Below are positions 37,301 through 50,000 of a stretch of DNA of 64,000 nucleotides, piece by piece. The position numbers were made by a program, and so were the translations under genes. The notes under the pieces were generated by a model. It was given only the letters and a program-made list of their open reading frames with translations, did not search any database and was not told where the DNA came from. The DNA is from Macrostomum hystrix. Lineage: Eukaryota; Animalia; Platyhelminthes. Positions within the stretch are counted from its first letter, which is position 1; each line of letters starts with the position of its first letter. Where the stretch lies: assembly GCA_950097015.1 (NCBI GenBank), contig CATNEN010000001.1:8370001-8434000 (forward strand). The letters are read 5' to 3'.

Positions 37301-39711
37301 TTAACAGTGCATTAGTGTTTCTTTTTTCTGTATCTCCCGAAATATTTGACCAATCAACATGAAAACCCGGAATAACCGGAATTTAACGATTTTCGCCGTG
37401 GTTTCTGGTGGAGAAAACCACAAATATAACCACCACAAATGCTAAAAAAACACAGCAAAAGCAGAATCCGCACCAACGGAATACCACCAGGTCACTCCTA
37501 CTGTGGCCTGAGCAACAGAATCGAAATAGCAGGCGCGATATTTTGTCGACAAAATTCCGTTGACCGTCTAGAAAAAAAGGTAAAAATTCTTTCTATAGAC
37601 ACTGTTAAAATGATTAGGAAACATCAAAACTACGAACTACGAGCAGCGCCATTCTATATACCTCTTCCGTGTCCTTCTGAATGGATGTCTCCGGAGGAGG
37701 AGTTAATAAATTTCCAGTCGGCACCATCCTGTCAATATTGTTATGCTTCACCTGGGCCAGCAGTTGGAGACTGGTGGAGCTGCCAGCCAGCACCTGGCAG
37801 TTATCTATGGACATTAGGAGTGGGATCTGTAGATATCAGAGTGGGATCTGTAGATATCAGAGTGGGATCTGTAGATATCAGAGTGGCATCTGTAGATATC
37901 AGAGTGGGATCTGTAGATATCAGAGTGGGATCTGTAGATATCAGAGTGGGATCTGTAGATATCAGAGTGGGATCTGTAGATATCAGAGTGGGATCTGTAG
38001 ATATCAGAGTGGGATCTGTAGATATCAGTGTGGGAGCTGTAGATATCAGTGTGGGAGCTGTAGATATCAGTGTGGGATCTGTAGATATCAGAGTGGGATC
38101 TGTAGATATCAGAGTGGCATCTGTAGATATCAGAGTGGCATCTGTAGATATCAGAGTGGCATCTGTAGATATCAGTGTGGGATCTGTAGATATTAGAGTG
38201 GCATCTGTAGATATCAGAGTGGGATCTGTAGATATTAGAGTGGGATCTGTAGATATCAGTGTGGCATCTGTAGATATGAGTGTGGGAGCTGTAGATATCA
38301 GAGTGGGATCTGTAGATATTAGAGTGGCATCTGTAGATATCAGAGTGGGATCTGTAGATATCAGTGTGGGAGCTGTAGATATCAGAGTGGGATCTGTGGA
38401 TATCAGTGTGGGATCTGTAGATATGAGTGTGGGAGCTGTAGATATCAGAGTGGGATCTGTAGATATTAGAGTGGCATCTGTAGATATCAGAGTGGGATCT
38501 GTAGATATCAGTGTGGGAGCTGTAGATATCAGAGTGGGATCTGTGGATATCAGTGTGGGATCTGTAGATATAAGTGTGGGAGCTGTAGATATCAGAGTGG
38601 CATCTGTAGATATCAGAGTGGCATCTGTAGATATCAGTGTGGGAGCTGTAGATATCAGAGTGGGATCTGTAGATATCAGAGTGGGATCTGCAGATATCAG
38701 AGTGGCATCTGTAGATATCAGAGTGGGATCTGTAGATAACAGAGTGGGATCTGTAGATACTGTAGTGTAGGTAACTTAGTGGGATCTCAACAGGAGGACT
38801 CAAAACTTTACCAATCTGGAACGGATCTGCTTTCTGGTCAATGAGCACAGACTGGAACGAATTCGTGTCGTAAATCACTTTGAAACTCTCCTCCTTGGCA
38901 GCCTGGTTCTCTATAGTCACTGCAGACTTGTTAACCTCCGAATCGACCACGATTGACACGTGTCCGAAAAAGTCACCCGGCTGCGTCACGGTTGTCATGG
39001 TGACGTGAAATCTCTGAGGCGGAACTGGCAGCTTATCTGATTAATGTAATTGCAGCGTGTGGTTGCGTGTAGTTTATATTGTTTACATAAACTTCTATTT
39101 ATAAGAGTAATGTCAACTCAGTTTAAGTAGTGTCAACTCAGTTTGAGTAGTGTAGTGCCACCTCAGTTTGAGTAGTGCCACCTCAGTTTGAGTAGTGTCA
39201 CCTCAGTTTGAGCACTGTCACCTCAGTTTGAGTAGTGTCACCTCAGTTTGAGCACTGTCACCTCAGTTTGAGTAGTGTCACCTCAGTTTGAGTAGTGTCA
39301 CCTCAGTTTGAGTAGTGTCACCTCAGTTTGAGTAGTGTCACCTCAGTTTGAGTACTGTCACCTCAGTTTGAGTAGTGTCACCTCAGTTTGAGTAGTGTCA
39401 CCTCAGTTTGAGTAGTGTCACCTCAGTTTGAGCACTGTCACCTCAGTTTGAGTAGTGTCACCTCAGTTTGAGTAGTGTCACCTCAGTTTGAGTAGTGTCA
39501 CCTCAGTTTGAGCACTGTCACCTCAGTTTGAGTAGTGTCACCTCAGTTTGAGTACTGTCACCTCAGTTTGAGCAGCAATTAAAAAATTACTTCAGTAGAC
39601 AAGTGTCTCACCTGTACCAGAGACTTGGGTGCACACACTCGGGTCAAGCTGGGCGTTAGTAAGTCCAATCCAACTTACTAGAGCTATTAGGCCTATGTGA
39701 GACAGCTTCAT
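31361..39711 (-). CDS. 15-exon type I membrane protein with two LolA/ependymin-like domains, 650 aa
   Basis: Exons 39711-39612, 39036-38812, 37804-37662, 37567-37474, 37251-37121, 36843-36750, 36671-36501, 35885-35728, 35640-35530, 35435-35358, 35277-35151, 35078-34954, 33130-32910, 32438-32404, 31500-31361; all GT-AG and in phase (1953 nt). Signal peptide MKLSHIGLIALV; motifs LPVPPQRF, VNGI, PKGVYC, INDFTRG, DVSGC, ISPLRI; TM GGAAGLAIGMLILGAILAIAGMF. Family label is from recalled motif patterns. Confidence 0.85.
31640..32390. repeat. 23-bp intronic minisatellite (attctagattctctgacagtcct)
   Basis: Tandem array in the last intron. Confidence 0.95.
32514..32862 (+). mobile_element. tRNA-derived SINE family A, near full length
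   Basis: A-box-like TGGCAGAATG, B-box-like GCTCGATTCC, shared body, (TTA)n tail; at least 8 related copies in the window. Confidence 0.9.
33217..34945. repeat. 32-bp intronic minisatellite (ggttaagtatgagtagaggggatggtagcagt)
   Basis: About 54 units; a variant block is repeated at 512-bp spacing. Confidence 0.95.
36880..37092. repeat. 33-bp intronic minisatellite
   Basis: caggaggatgtcagtgacaatcatcaactgtgt, about 6 units. Confidence 0.92.
37818..38760. repeat. 21-bp intronic minisatellite (gtgggatctgtagatatcaga)
   Basis: Tandem array filling intron 2. Confidence 0.95.
39110..39572. repeat. 20-bp intronic minisatellite (cctcagtttgagtagtgtca)
   Basis: Tandem array in intron 1. Confidence 0.95.
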
Positions 39712-40473
39712 CGCTGCAATATAGTTTTGGATTCTTATTTTTCAATAGAGTTAGTTTTCTCGCCAGTACTTGTTAAGCTAAGTGGACGGACTGGTTTTAT
39801 ACAGAAAACAAGCTGGTGATTTTCTTCAAAATAAGAAGCTCATAAGAGAGATAAGATTGAAGAAAATCTTTGTCTATTGGTCTATATTTTCTACTGAAAT
39901 TGGTCGATGCATAAACTCTAGTCAGTGGTACCAGCGCCTCAAATGAAGTCTTTAGTTGCCATGCGAAGTGGTTTGTATACCATGAGCACTATAGGTCAGG
40001 TACACGCAGTTGTTAAAGGCCTAGAGATAAGCCTTTCAGATTGCAAACTTTAACGAAATCACGGCGAGAATTTAGTGTTTGCCTCAGGGTGCATATTTGC
40101 TCAATACTTAAGTGGCAATGCAAATGCAGTTTCATGGACACAGATTTTTATCTCACAAGCGGTGACCCCAGAGCAAGTTTTAACTAGAAGTAATTGCGCA
40201 GTACCTCTTTTCCAAAGGCCTAATGTCGAAGATTTAATGGACAAAATGCAGGCCAGACTGTAATTTGGCCATCAAATTTCGCAGGCAAGCTGAAGATATT
40301 AGCTTGCTATAAAACTCTTTAAGAGCTTCCAACTGCTTTAGCACACGCACGAAGGTACCTGAGCTCGATTCCGCGGCGAGGCCACATTAATTTATCATCA
40401 ATTGTTTTAAGACACAGTGAGATTGTACACTGCCTGACGATGAGACAATCAAGGAAAGGCATAGATTAATGTA

Positions 40474-41071
40474 TACTCAGCAACAGCTAAACCCCCCCCC
40501 AACTCACGCTGTCACACGGGCACAGAAGTTAAGCAATGTCTTTAATTCTAGTCTCAGTATCGTGTGTAGGAACCACGAGCATGCTAAAGTGCCGTGACTC
40601 GTCGTGGCATCCTGATCACCAGCCGGTTGATGAACTCTTGGGGCAGCTGCTGCCAGGCATTCAGCGCCGCCAGTCGCAACTGTTCAGCATTCTGTGGGGC
40701 ATCCTGCTGAACTCTTCGCTTTACAAAGTCCCAGACATGCTCGATGGGGTTCATTTCTGGAGACTTTGACGGCTCCTTCAGCAGCTGCACGTGTGCTGCT
40801 CGATGTGGCGCAGCGCTGTCGTCTTGAAGCATGCAGTTCTGCGGGCCTACAAAGGTTGTCGTAGCAAATGGCAGAAACTGCTGCTGGCGCAATGCAGCCA
40901 CCAGTGGGTTGAGTTGCGCACTTGCGCCCCCCCTCCCCAAATCCCCCATGCCGCACTTTGCGCTCGCGTCTGGCGGCGGCAGCCTTCACACATTTCTGAG
41001 TCACCGATGGCATACAAAACTTTTGGGCCGTGTGACAGCGTGAGTTGGGGGGTTTTAGCTGTTGCTGAGTG
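40474..41071 (-). mobile_element. Internally deleted Tc1-like transposon
   Basis: ~45-bp TIRs (ACTCAGCAACAGCTAAA-Cn-AACTCACGCTGTCACACGG) with TA flanks at 40472-40473 and 41072-41073. Transposase C-terminus QDDSAAPH...SPEMNPIEHVW...MPRR. Confidence 0.92.
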
Positions 41072-41704
41072 TAATGTAGACAGAACAGCAACACACAGCC
41101 TTTGAAAGAAACAAAAAAGTGGACATCAATATCCACGCCACCAATTATTAAGAGCGAATTTAATCACAGGCTCTCCAGTAGACACAGCCTTGCAAATGAG
41201 TATATTTAAATCAGTTACTAAGCCGAATTCCAACACCGAAGCAACACTCAAAAGGCACTTACACAAGCAGTGCGAAAGTCTAATGGAAAATTTTCACAAC
41301 AGACAAAATTATGAAAGATCAGAAACTAATTCTGATATTAACCATTTCAGGTCTCAGTTATTTGTGAATTTTTTTAACTCAAAGGCACTTGGCTAAAACT
41401 AAACTATTGCGCATTGTGGACAGAGAAAACAGAACGAAAATATTGAGTTTCTTATTTGAACATTCGGTTAGGCAGCTTCATCGTGAAAAAAACTAAAAGT
41501 TATGATTATTATGTAAAATTAGGGCACATTTAGCACAATACTATAAACTTTTTACGCAACTTGCAGCTACAATAAAAAAACTATTCACTAAAGCTTTAAC
41601 GAAATTCACAACAGTACCAGAGAAATATTATTTGCCAAAATGTCTCATACATAAAATATTTGCCTAACATGAGACATACAACTGCTTAACACATAATTAA
41701 CTTT

Positions 41705-42612
41705 ATCAGGTCACACAACTGTCTAGCAGGTCATGCACATGTCTAACAGGTCATACACATGTCTAACAGGTCACACACGTCATACACATCTCTAACAGGT
41801 CATATGTATGTCTAACAAGTCATATGCATCTTTAATAGATCATACACATGTCTAACAGGTCATACGCATGTCTAACAGGTCATATGCATGTCTAACAGGT
41901 CATACGCATGTCTAACAGGTCATACGCATGTCTAACAGGTCATATGCATGTCTGATAGGTCATACGCATGTCTAACAGGTCATACGCATGTCTAACAGGT
42001 CATACGCATGTCTAACAGGTCATACGCATCTCTAATAGATCATACACATGTCTAACAGGTCATACACATGTCTAACAGGTCATACACATGTCTAACAGGT
42101 CACACACATGTTTAACAGGTCACACACATGTCTAACAGGTCATATGCATGTTTAACAGGTCATACGCATGTCTAACAGGTCATATGCATGTTTAACAGGT
42201 CATACGCATGTCTAATAGGTCATACGCATGTCTAACAGGTCATACACATGTCTAACAGGTCATACACATGTCTAACAGGTCATACACATGTCTAACAGGT
42301 CATACGCATGTCTAACAGGTCATACACATGTCTAACAGGTCATACGCATGTCTAACAGGTCATACGCATGTCTAACAGGTCATACACATGTCTAACAGGT
42401 CATACGCATGTTTAACAGGTCATACGCATGTCTAACAGGTCATACACATGTCTAACAGGTCATACGCATGTTTAACAGGTCATACACATGTCTAACAGGT
42501 CATACGCATGTCTAATAGGTCATACGCATGTCTAACAGGTCACAAATATGTCTAACACGTCATACACATGTCTAACAGGTCATACGCATGTCTAACAGGT
42601 CATACGCATGTC
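41705..42612. repeat. 20-bp intergenic minisatellite (catacgcatgtctaacaggt)
   Basis: Tandem array. Confidence 0.95.
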
Positions 42613-43948
42613 ATACGTGTGTCCGTCACACTAAACGAATAAAAAATGAAACTTAACAACTTTTAAGTGAAAGCAAATTGGAACAAAAAAGAGCAGTACA
42701 ACAAAAATGCAAGAAATATTTCAACACCGACAACATAGATCAGTGTTTTAGGTGAAGAAATACATTTACAGAAACATAATGGTGACACAATCAACATTCA
42801 TCAAAATGGCACAATATAGCTCATATATTCTGCTCACACTACTCACTAGCAGGGGCCAGTCAGTAGTGCATTAAAAGTGCAGTAGGGCATGTACAAAATT
42901 GTACATTTGGACGGAATTAGGAACTTCTTTTAAACAAAAGTTAAAAACAGGTACGAAGATTTACTGTTAGAAAAAATGGACGGCTTTTAAAAATTAGATC
43001 ACAAAAGCACTACGGTGAGAATATGCTTGACAATCGCATTATACTACTTACTACTGGCCTTAACTTTTTATTGTTTTACAGATAAAAAAATACACTCATG
43101 AAAAAAACGAAATTTGACACAAAAGCTTAAAACTTGAAGTTATTTATCGAAAGCGTGAGGCACAAAACAAAATAAGTATTTGTTTAAGACGAATATGGAA
43201 GTTCACAATGTGTACATATAGGGGAATGCGCACACTGGAGTATACATACTAGGAATCCCAGAGAAAGAACACGAGAGTGGGGAGTACCTGGTGTGTACGT
43301 AAGGGAATTCCAACTCCTGGGAAATTATAAATAAAAAAATGAATTCGGGAATCCTAGAGTGTAATTCAGATTGAGGGGAATCCCAAAGAATGTACACAGG
43401 ATCGGGGAATCCCTAAGAATGTACACATAATTAGGGACAATCCCAAAGAATGTACAAAGGATTGGGGAAATCCTTACAAATGTACAAAGAATCAGAGAGA
43501 ATCCCTAAGAATGTACACATGCTTAGGGTAATTCTAAAGGACTGAGGTTTGAGTAGTAGGAAAGCCAATAACTATTTTTGTAGTCAATAGTTAGTGGAAT
43601 GACTTGGTAATATATGTAAAAGTTTTTTCAGGATAACAAAGATTTTATGTGATTTATGATGAATAAAAATGGTTTCGAATTAAAGCCACATTTACTGTTA
43701 GAAAAGTAATGAATATATTCTACTACTAGATAAAATACAGAGTAAAGTCATATCTAATTTTGCATTTAGTAGCAGAAAATTGAAATCGGAATTGTTAAGT
43801 TATAAATTCTGATGACTGGAGCAAAAAAATTCATGCAGGCAGGGCGATGAAAGCGCTTTTTAGCTTTTTAAATTAAAAAAGAATCGAGTATTAAGATGAG
43901 ATTTCTATGAATCACAAACGATGGCGGAGTTTCAGTTGATTTCAAAGT

Positions 43949-43992
43949 TTAACTATCCGACAGCGAAATACCCCTACGCAGGGCAGGTCTTC

Positions 43993-44029
<37 letters not shown>

Positions 44030-47000
44030 TTGTCCGCGACTGCCGCGATAGAATTCGATGGATTCTAGCACTGACTCGAGCATCTGAGACAGGTCAGTGT
44101 AGGTGAGTTCAGCGCCGCAGTCTTCGGCTGTGGCGCTGGGCAGTCGGTCGAGACGCAGCGCCGCCCGCTGCTGCTCTTGAAGCGCCTGACGAACCAGACG
44201 GTCCGAGGCGCCCAGAAGCTCCAGCTCCACCGGATCGCGGCTGGCTCGCATTAGCCGACGAATCTTGAAGAGGGTGGGGAATGAGGACACGGCACGCTAG
44301 TAGAATGTAGAATGTTCTGTAGAATGCTCCTCTAATCTTCGGAATATTCAACCAATCGTTAGAATGTCCTACAAATCTGCAGAATGTTCTATCAATCTGC
44401 AGAATGTTCTATCAATCTGCAGAATGTTCTACAAATCTGCAGAATGTTCTATCAATCTGCAGAATGTTCTATCAATCTGCAGAATGCTCTATCAATCAGC
44501 AGAATGTTCTACAAATCTGCAGAATGTTCTATCAATCTGCAGAATGTTCTATCAATCTGCAGAATGTTCTATCAATCAGCAGAATGTTCTATCAATCTGC
44601 CGAATGTTCTATCAATCAGCAGAATGTTCTATCAATCTGCCGAATGTTCTATCAATCTGCAGAATGTTCTATCAATCTGCAGAATGCTCTATCAATCAGC
44701 AGAATGTTCTACAAATCTGCAGAATGTTCTATCAATCTGCAGAATGTTCTATCAATCTGCAGAATGTTCTATCAATCAGCAGAATGTTCTATCAATCTGC
44801 AGAATGTTCTATCAATCTGCAGAATGTTCTATCAATCAGCAGAATGTTCTATCAATCTGCCGAATGTTCTATCAATCTGCAGAATGTTCTATCAATCTGC
44901 AGAATGCTCTATCAATCAGCAGAATGTTCTACAAATCTGCAGAATGTTCTATCAATCTGCAGAATGTTCTATCAATCTGCAGAATGTTCTATCAATCTGC
45001 CGAATGTTCTATCAATCTGCCGAATGTTCTATCAATCTGCAGAATGTTCTACGAATAACGTATCAATAATCTAAAAAGTGATGAAATTCCGAGAGATCCA
45101 CTAACCTCCTCCTTAACCTCCAGTGGTGACACTCCAGCTGAGAATAAGGCTGCGCAATACTTGTCCAATAGTCGGCGTCTACTGTCGCCTAAGCCGCCGC
45201 TGCCGCTGCCGCCGCCCACAGCGCCCGGTGGCAGCCTAGCTAGATGAGCCAGCTTGTGTAGAACAGCAAGCATTGGCAGTATGGGATCAGATATCTGCCT
45301 CACTCGCCTCTGACTGATAGTCAGTGCGCCGCTGCTGCTGGGCCGACTGCCGACTGCAGGCGCAGCGGCTGCCGACGGAGCAACCGACAATTGGCCGGCG
45401 CCAGTTGCCGAAGAGGTGCCCGCGCGAGGCCGAGGCGGCAAATCGGTCGACGTGGCCGAAGCCGACGCAGAAGACGGCGCCGTTGTCGGAGACACCGCAA
45501 CCCCGACTCCGCTGACGCCGCCGGCGACGCCGCGGCCGCCGCTGCTCCCACCGTCGGGTACTTCAATAGCGACGCTGCCAGATCCGGGAGCTCCCGAAGC
45601 GACGACCCCGCCGCCGGCGCCACCCCCGCCGCTGTCGTCAAGCAGCAGGAGTCGACGACGATTCCGACGCTTCTCGCGATGCAGCCGACGATCAGCGGTG
45701 GCCTTCTGAGCCTGGACCAGGTCCAGGTGGCGAAGGACCCGGTCGGACATCAGCGCGGCGACGCCGACAATGTCGGGGCGCTTGTCCGGATCAACGGTCA
45801 AGCAGGCGGCTATGACACTTGTTAGCTGGGAGATTGAGCGAGTACGATACGATTAGTTATGAATTATAGATAGCATTTGAAATTAGAATAAAACAGAGAT
45901 AATTTGTTAACTTCAGCTAATTCGTTAACTTTAGCTAATTCGTTAACTTTAGCTAATTCGTTAACTTCAGCTAATTCGTTAACTTCAGCTAATTCGTTAA
46001 CTTCAGCTTATTCGCCAATATTGTTACAAATTTCGTTTATTCGTTAATATTTAGCTTTTTTGCTAATTAAGAGATTTTCGTTCAGCAATTTATTTCCCAG
46101 AATAATTAACAAATTCGTTTCCTTTTGAGATAATTCGTTAAACAGTATTTCGATAGAGCTCACCAATTTAGAAAAGTGAGTCTGCAGCGGTGCAGGATCA
46201 TAGCTGCCCTCAACAATTCTGGTTGCCAAGTTGAGCATATTGCTAGAATCGAACGGCGCCTTCAAAGCCGCCATGTGATACAGCACGCAGCCAATGGACC
46301 AAATGTCCGCCTTGTCACCGTACGGCTGACTCTGCACAATTTCAGGACAGGCATAGACCATTGTGCCTACAACTGAAATCATCTTGCTGCAGTCTTTGCG
46401 CTTCTGTTTGGCCAAACCGAAATCTGTGATTGTCACGTGATCATCTTCGCCTAGCATGATGTTGTTTGGCGACAGGTCTCTGCGGGACAATGAAGGTCAC
46501 GATAAATGAGCGAAATGTGTCAATGACCAAATAAGTTACTGCTGTTTGAGGATGCTAATGACCGGAAAAATGACTGCTGTTTGAGGATGTCAATGACCGA
46601 ATAAATGACTGCTGTTTGAGGATGTTAATGACCGGATAAATGACTGCTGTTTGAGGATGTTAATGACGAGATAAATGACTGCTGTTTGAGGATTTTTATG
46701 ACCGGATAAATGACGGCCGTTTGAGGATGACAATGAGCGGATAAATGACTGCTGTTTGAGGATTTTTATGACCGGATAAATGACAGCCGTTTGAGGATGA
46801 CAATGAGCGGATAAATGACTGCTGTTTGAGGATGTTAATGACGAGATAAATGACCGCTGTTTGAGGATGACAATGACCGGATAAATGACAGCCGTTTGAG
46901 GATGCTAATGACCGGAAAAATGACTGCTGTTTGAAGATGTTAATGACCGAATAAATGACTGCTGTTTGAGGATGACACTGAGCGGATAAATGACTGCTGT

Positions 47001-50000
47001 TTCAAGATGGTAATGACCAAAAAATTACTATTATCTTATATAAACGTAAATAAAACTATCAAAAGAAAAGACAAAGTGAGTAAATCGTATTGTTAGCATT
47101 GAACACACTTACCTGTGCACAATATCCTTCTCCTTATGCAAGTACCTCAGCGCCAATACAATCTGTACAAATATGTACCAGACTCGATCCTCATCAAAGC
47201 GGAGACCTTTTTCGCGCATAGAGACGAAAAATTCCATTAACGAAGCGCCCTCAATTAGTTCCATGACGATGTAGAGCTTGTCATCTGGATGGTTGAAAAA
47301 ATAGCTTTCAATTTTACCATAGAATTTATAATTGTAGAAAATTAAATATAATCATGTAAAGCTAAGTGCGTTACTTATAGAAGGCTAGTTATGGTTTATT
47401 AGCTCGTATTTAAAATCAAAGTAAAGCGCTCCTTTTCTTTACGGCCAAAACATGCCACAATATCCTATCTAGGAAATATATAAATACTCGTACTATAAAT
47501 TTAGCTGTATTTTCTAGGAAATATATAAATACTCGTAATATAAATTTAGCTGTATTTTCTAGGAAATATATAAATACTCGTACTATAAATTTTGCAGTAT
47601 TTTCTAGGAAATATATAAATACTCGTACTATAAATTTAGATGTAATTTCTAGGAAATATGTAAATACTCGTACTATAAATTTAGATGTATTTTCTAGGAA
47701 ATATATAAATACTCGTACTATAAATTTAGATGTATTTTCTAGGAAATATATAAATACTCGTACTATAAATTTAGCAGTATTTTCTAGGAAATATATAAAT
47801 ACTCGTACTATAAATTTAGCTGTATTTTCTAGGAAATATATAAATACTCGTACTATAAATTTAGCTGTATTTTCTAGGAAATATATAAATACTCGTACTA
47901 TAAATTTTGCAGTATTTTCTAGGAAATATATAAATACTCGTACTATAAATTTAGATGTATTTTCTAGGAAATATATAAATACTCGTACTATAAATTTAGC
48001 TGTATTTTCTAGGAAATATATAAATACTCGTACTATAAATTAAGCATGATACATGATTTTCGTTCGAAGTGTAATACGAATACACTATAATTGATTAATA
48101 AAGATTCGAACCAACGACCTTCCAAACACGATGCATTGGCAACTCACTCTCTTCGAATGTTTTGTAATAGCGAACAATATTCGGATGCCTCAGATGCTCC
48201 TTGGCCATTGTGAGTTCGCTGACAATGTAGCCAACATTTTTCTGACGCTCGTTCGCATTGCGACCCAGGCCGCCTGTATTTAACTCTTTGATGGCGTACA
48301 TCGTCTCCTGTTTGCGAACTTTGTACACCGTGCCAAATGCGCCGCTGCCCAGAATTTCTAACACGGCGTAATCTTTGATGTGCTGCGTGGCTTCGCGATT
48401 CTGATTCACCGATTCTAGGTTCAGGCGCAGCTCTTGGGCCAGCTCTTCGTCCTGAGGGGAGAGCCGGCTAGGAATGACTTTGCTGAGAGGGTACTAGTAC
48501 ACTGTCTCATCTCTCCCGTGTCTCATCTCTCCCGTGTCTCATTTCTCCCGTGTCTCATCTCTCCCGTGTCTCATCTCTCCCGTGTCTCATTTCTCCCGTG
48601 TCTCATCTCTCCCGTGTCTCATCTCTCCCGTGTCTCATCTCTCCCGTGTCTCATCTCTCCCGTGTCTCATCTCTCCCGTGTCTCATCTCTCCCGTGTCTC
48701 ATTTCTCCCGTGTCTCATCTCTCCCGTGTCTCATCTCTCCCGTGTCTCATCTCTCCCGTGTCTCATCTCTCCCGTGTCTCATCTCTCCCGTGTCTCATCT
48801 CTCCCGTGTCTCATCTCTCCCGTGTCTCATCTCTCCCGTGTCTCATTTCTCCCGTGTCTCATCTCTCCCGTGTCTCATCTCTCCCGTGTCTCATCTCTCC
48901 CGTGTTTCATCTCTCCCGTGTCTTATCTCTCTTGTGTCTCATCTCTCCCGTGTCTCATCTCTCCATAGTCCATCTGTTGCTTTCGCATTAATACTCGTAC
49001 TATTAGGGCACGGGGCAGGGGGTCAGTGGCAGAGCAATTAAAGCGTTTGCCTCTCGCACGAAGGTCCCTGAGCTCTATTCCGCGGCAAGGCCATATTTAT
49101 ATGGAACTTGTCTTGCAATTTACGCCGTTTGAGGGACAATCTCCAAGGCACAGTGAGAGTGTACACTGCCTGACGATGAGAAAGAAGTCTGAGCGTATGC
49201 CTAGGTACAGTATCTGTGTGCGTGTGTGCTCAAGAGTCAACGGAATGGGGAGAATTGCCTCCTGGTTGGCTGAGGGTCTAGTGTCACCAAATAAAGCGCC
49301 ATTGTCCGCAGCCCTCCTGTAGTTATTATTATTAAGGGACAGGGGGCTGTAGTATAAACGATAACAGAACACAGGCGGAGCAGTTGTACTCATAGAATAG
49401 CGCACTTACCCTATCAATAGCGGCTACAACTGTGGCATAAGCTGCCAGGTCTCGATTATAGTGGCCAATATCAATGAATGTGGCCAGCAAGCCAGTTGGT
49501 AATAATTTTTTAACAGCTCGGCGATTTCTTTCCAAACTGAACAGAAATCTCAGCGCTCTGCAGGCATTCTTTCTTAGAGTGACAGCACCGTCAGCAACCC
49601 GCTGACTGCCCTCAGTGCTGGCTGACGATGGCGCATTGTTAGCTGCTGATGAACTACCATAATGACAGGCCTGATTGGGTGGCAGCAATAGACGGCCTAA
49701 CAGATAGACGCCATTGTTTTGAGCAACTAGAAATGAATTCCGATCGTCCAGTAGCAGCTCAGTAAGGGCGCAGCAGGCTGCTGAACGCACGTTCAAAGTT
49801 AATTGGGCCTGAAAATAAAAAATGATTATCCAAATCTTTCTAAACAATGATTCTAGATCAGTTTATACACGTGTATATCTGACACATTCTACATTGAGGT
49901 TGTCATGGCAAAGCCGCGCATATTGACGTGAAAAACACCGGAAAAAATAATACTCCGAGCTATTATAACACCGGAAAACTAACGGATATCCAAGAAAATG

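Noticed and set aside
37439-38998. 443-aa and 394-aa repeat ORFs (VGSVDIR / DIYRSHS)
   Set aside because: Translations of a 21-bp intronic minisatellite; only 39036-38812 is a real exon, with a good donor.
44364-45074. Three overlapping Cys-rich ORFs
   Set aside because: A 20-bp stop-free satellite antisense within a NEK10 intron.
49165-49200. CTGACGA in the SINE body as a hammerhead core
   Set aside because: No stem II followed by GAAA and NUH.
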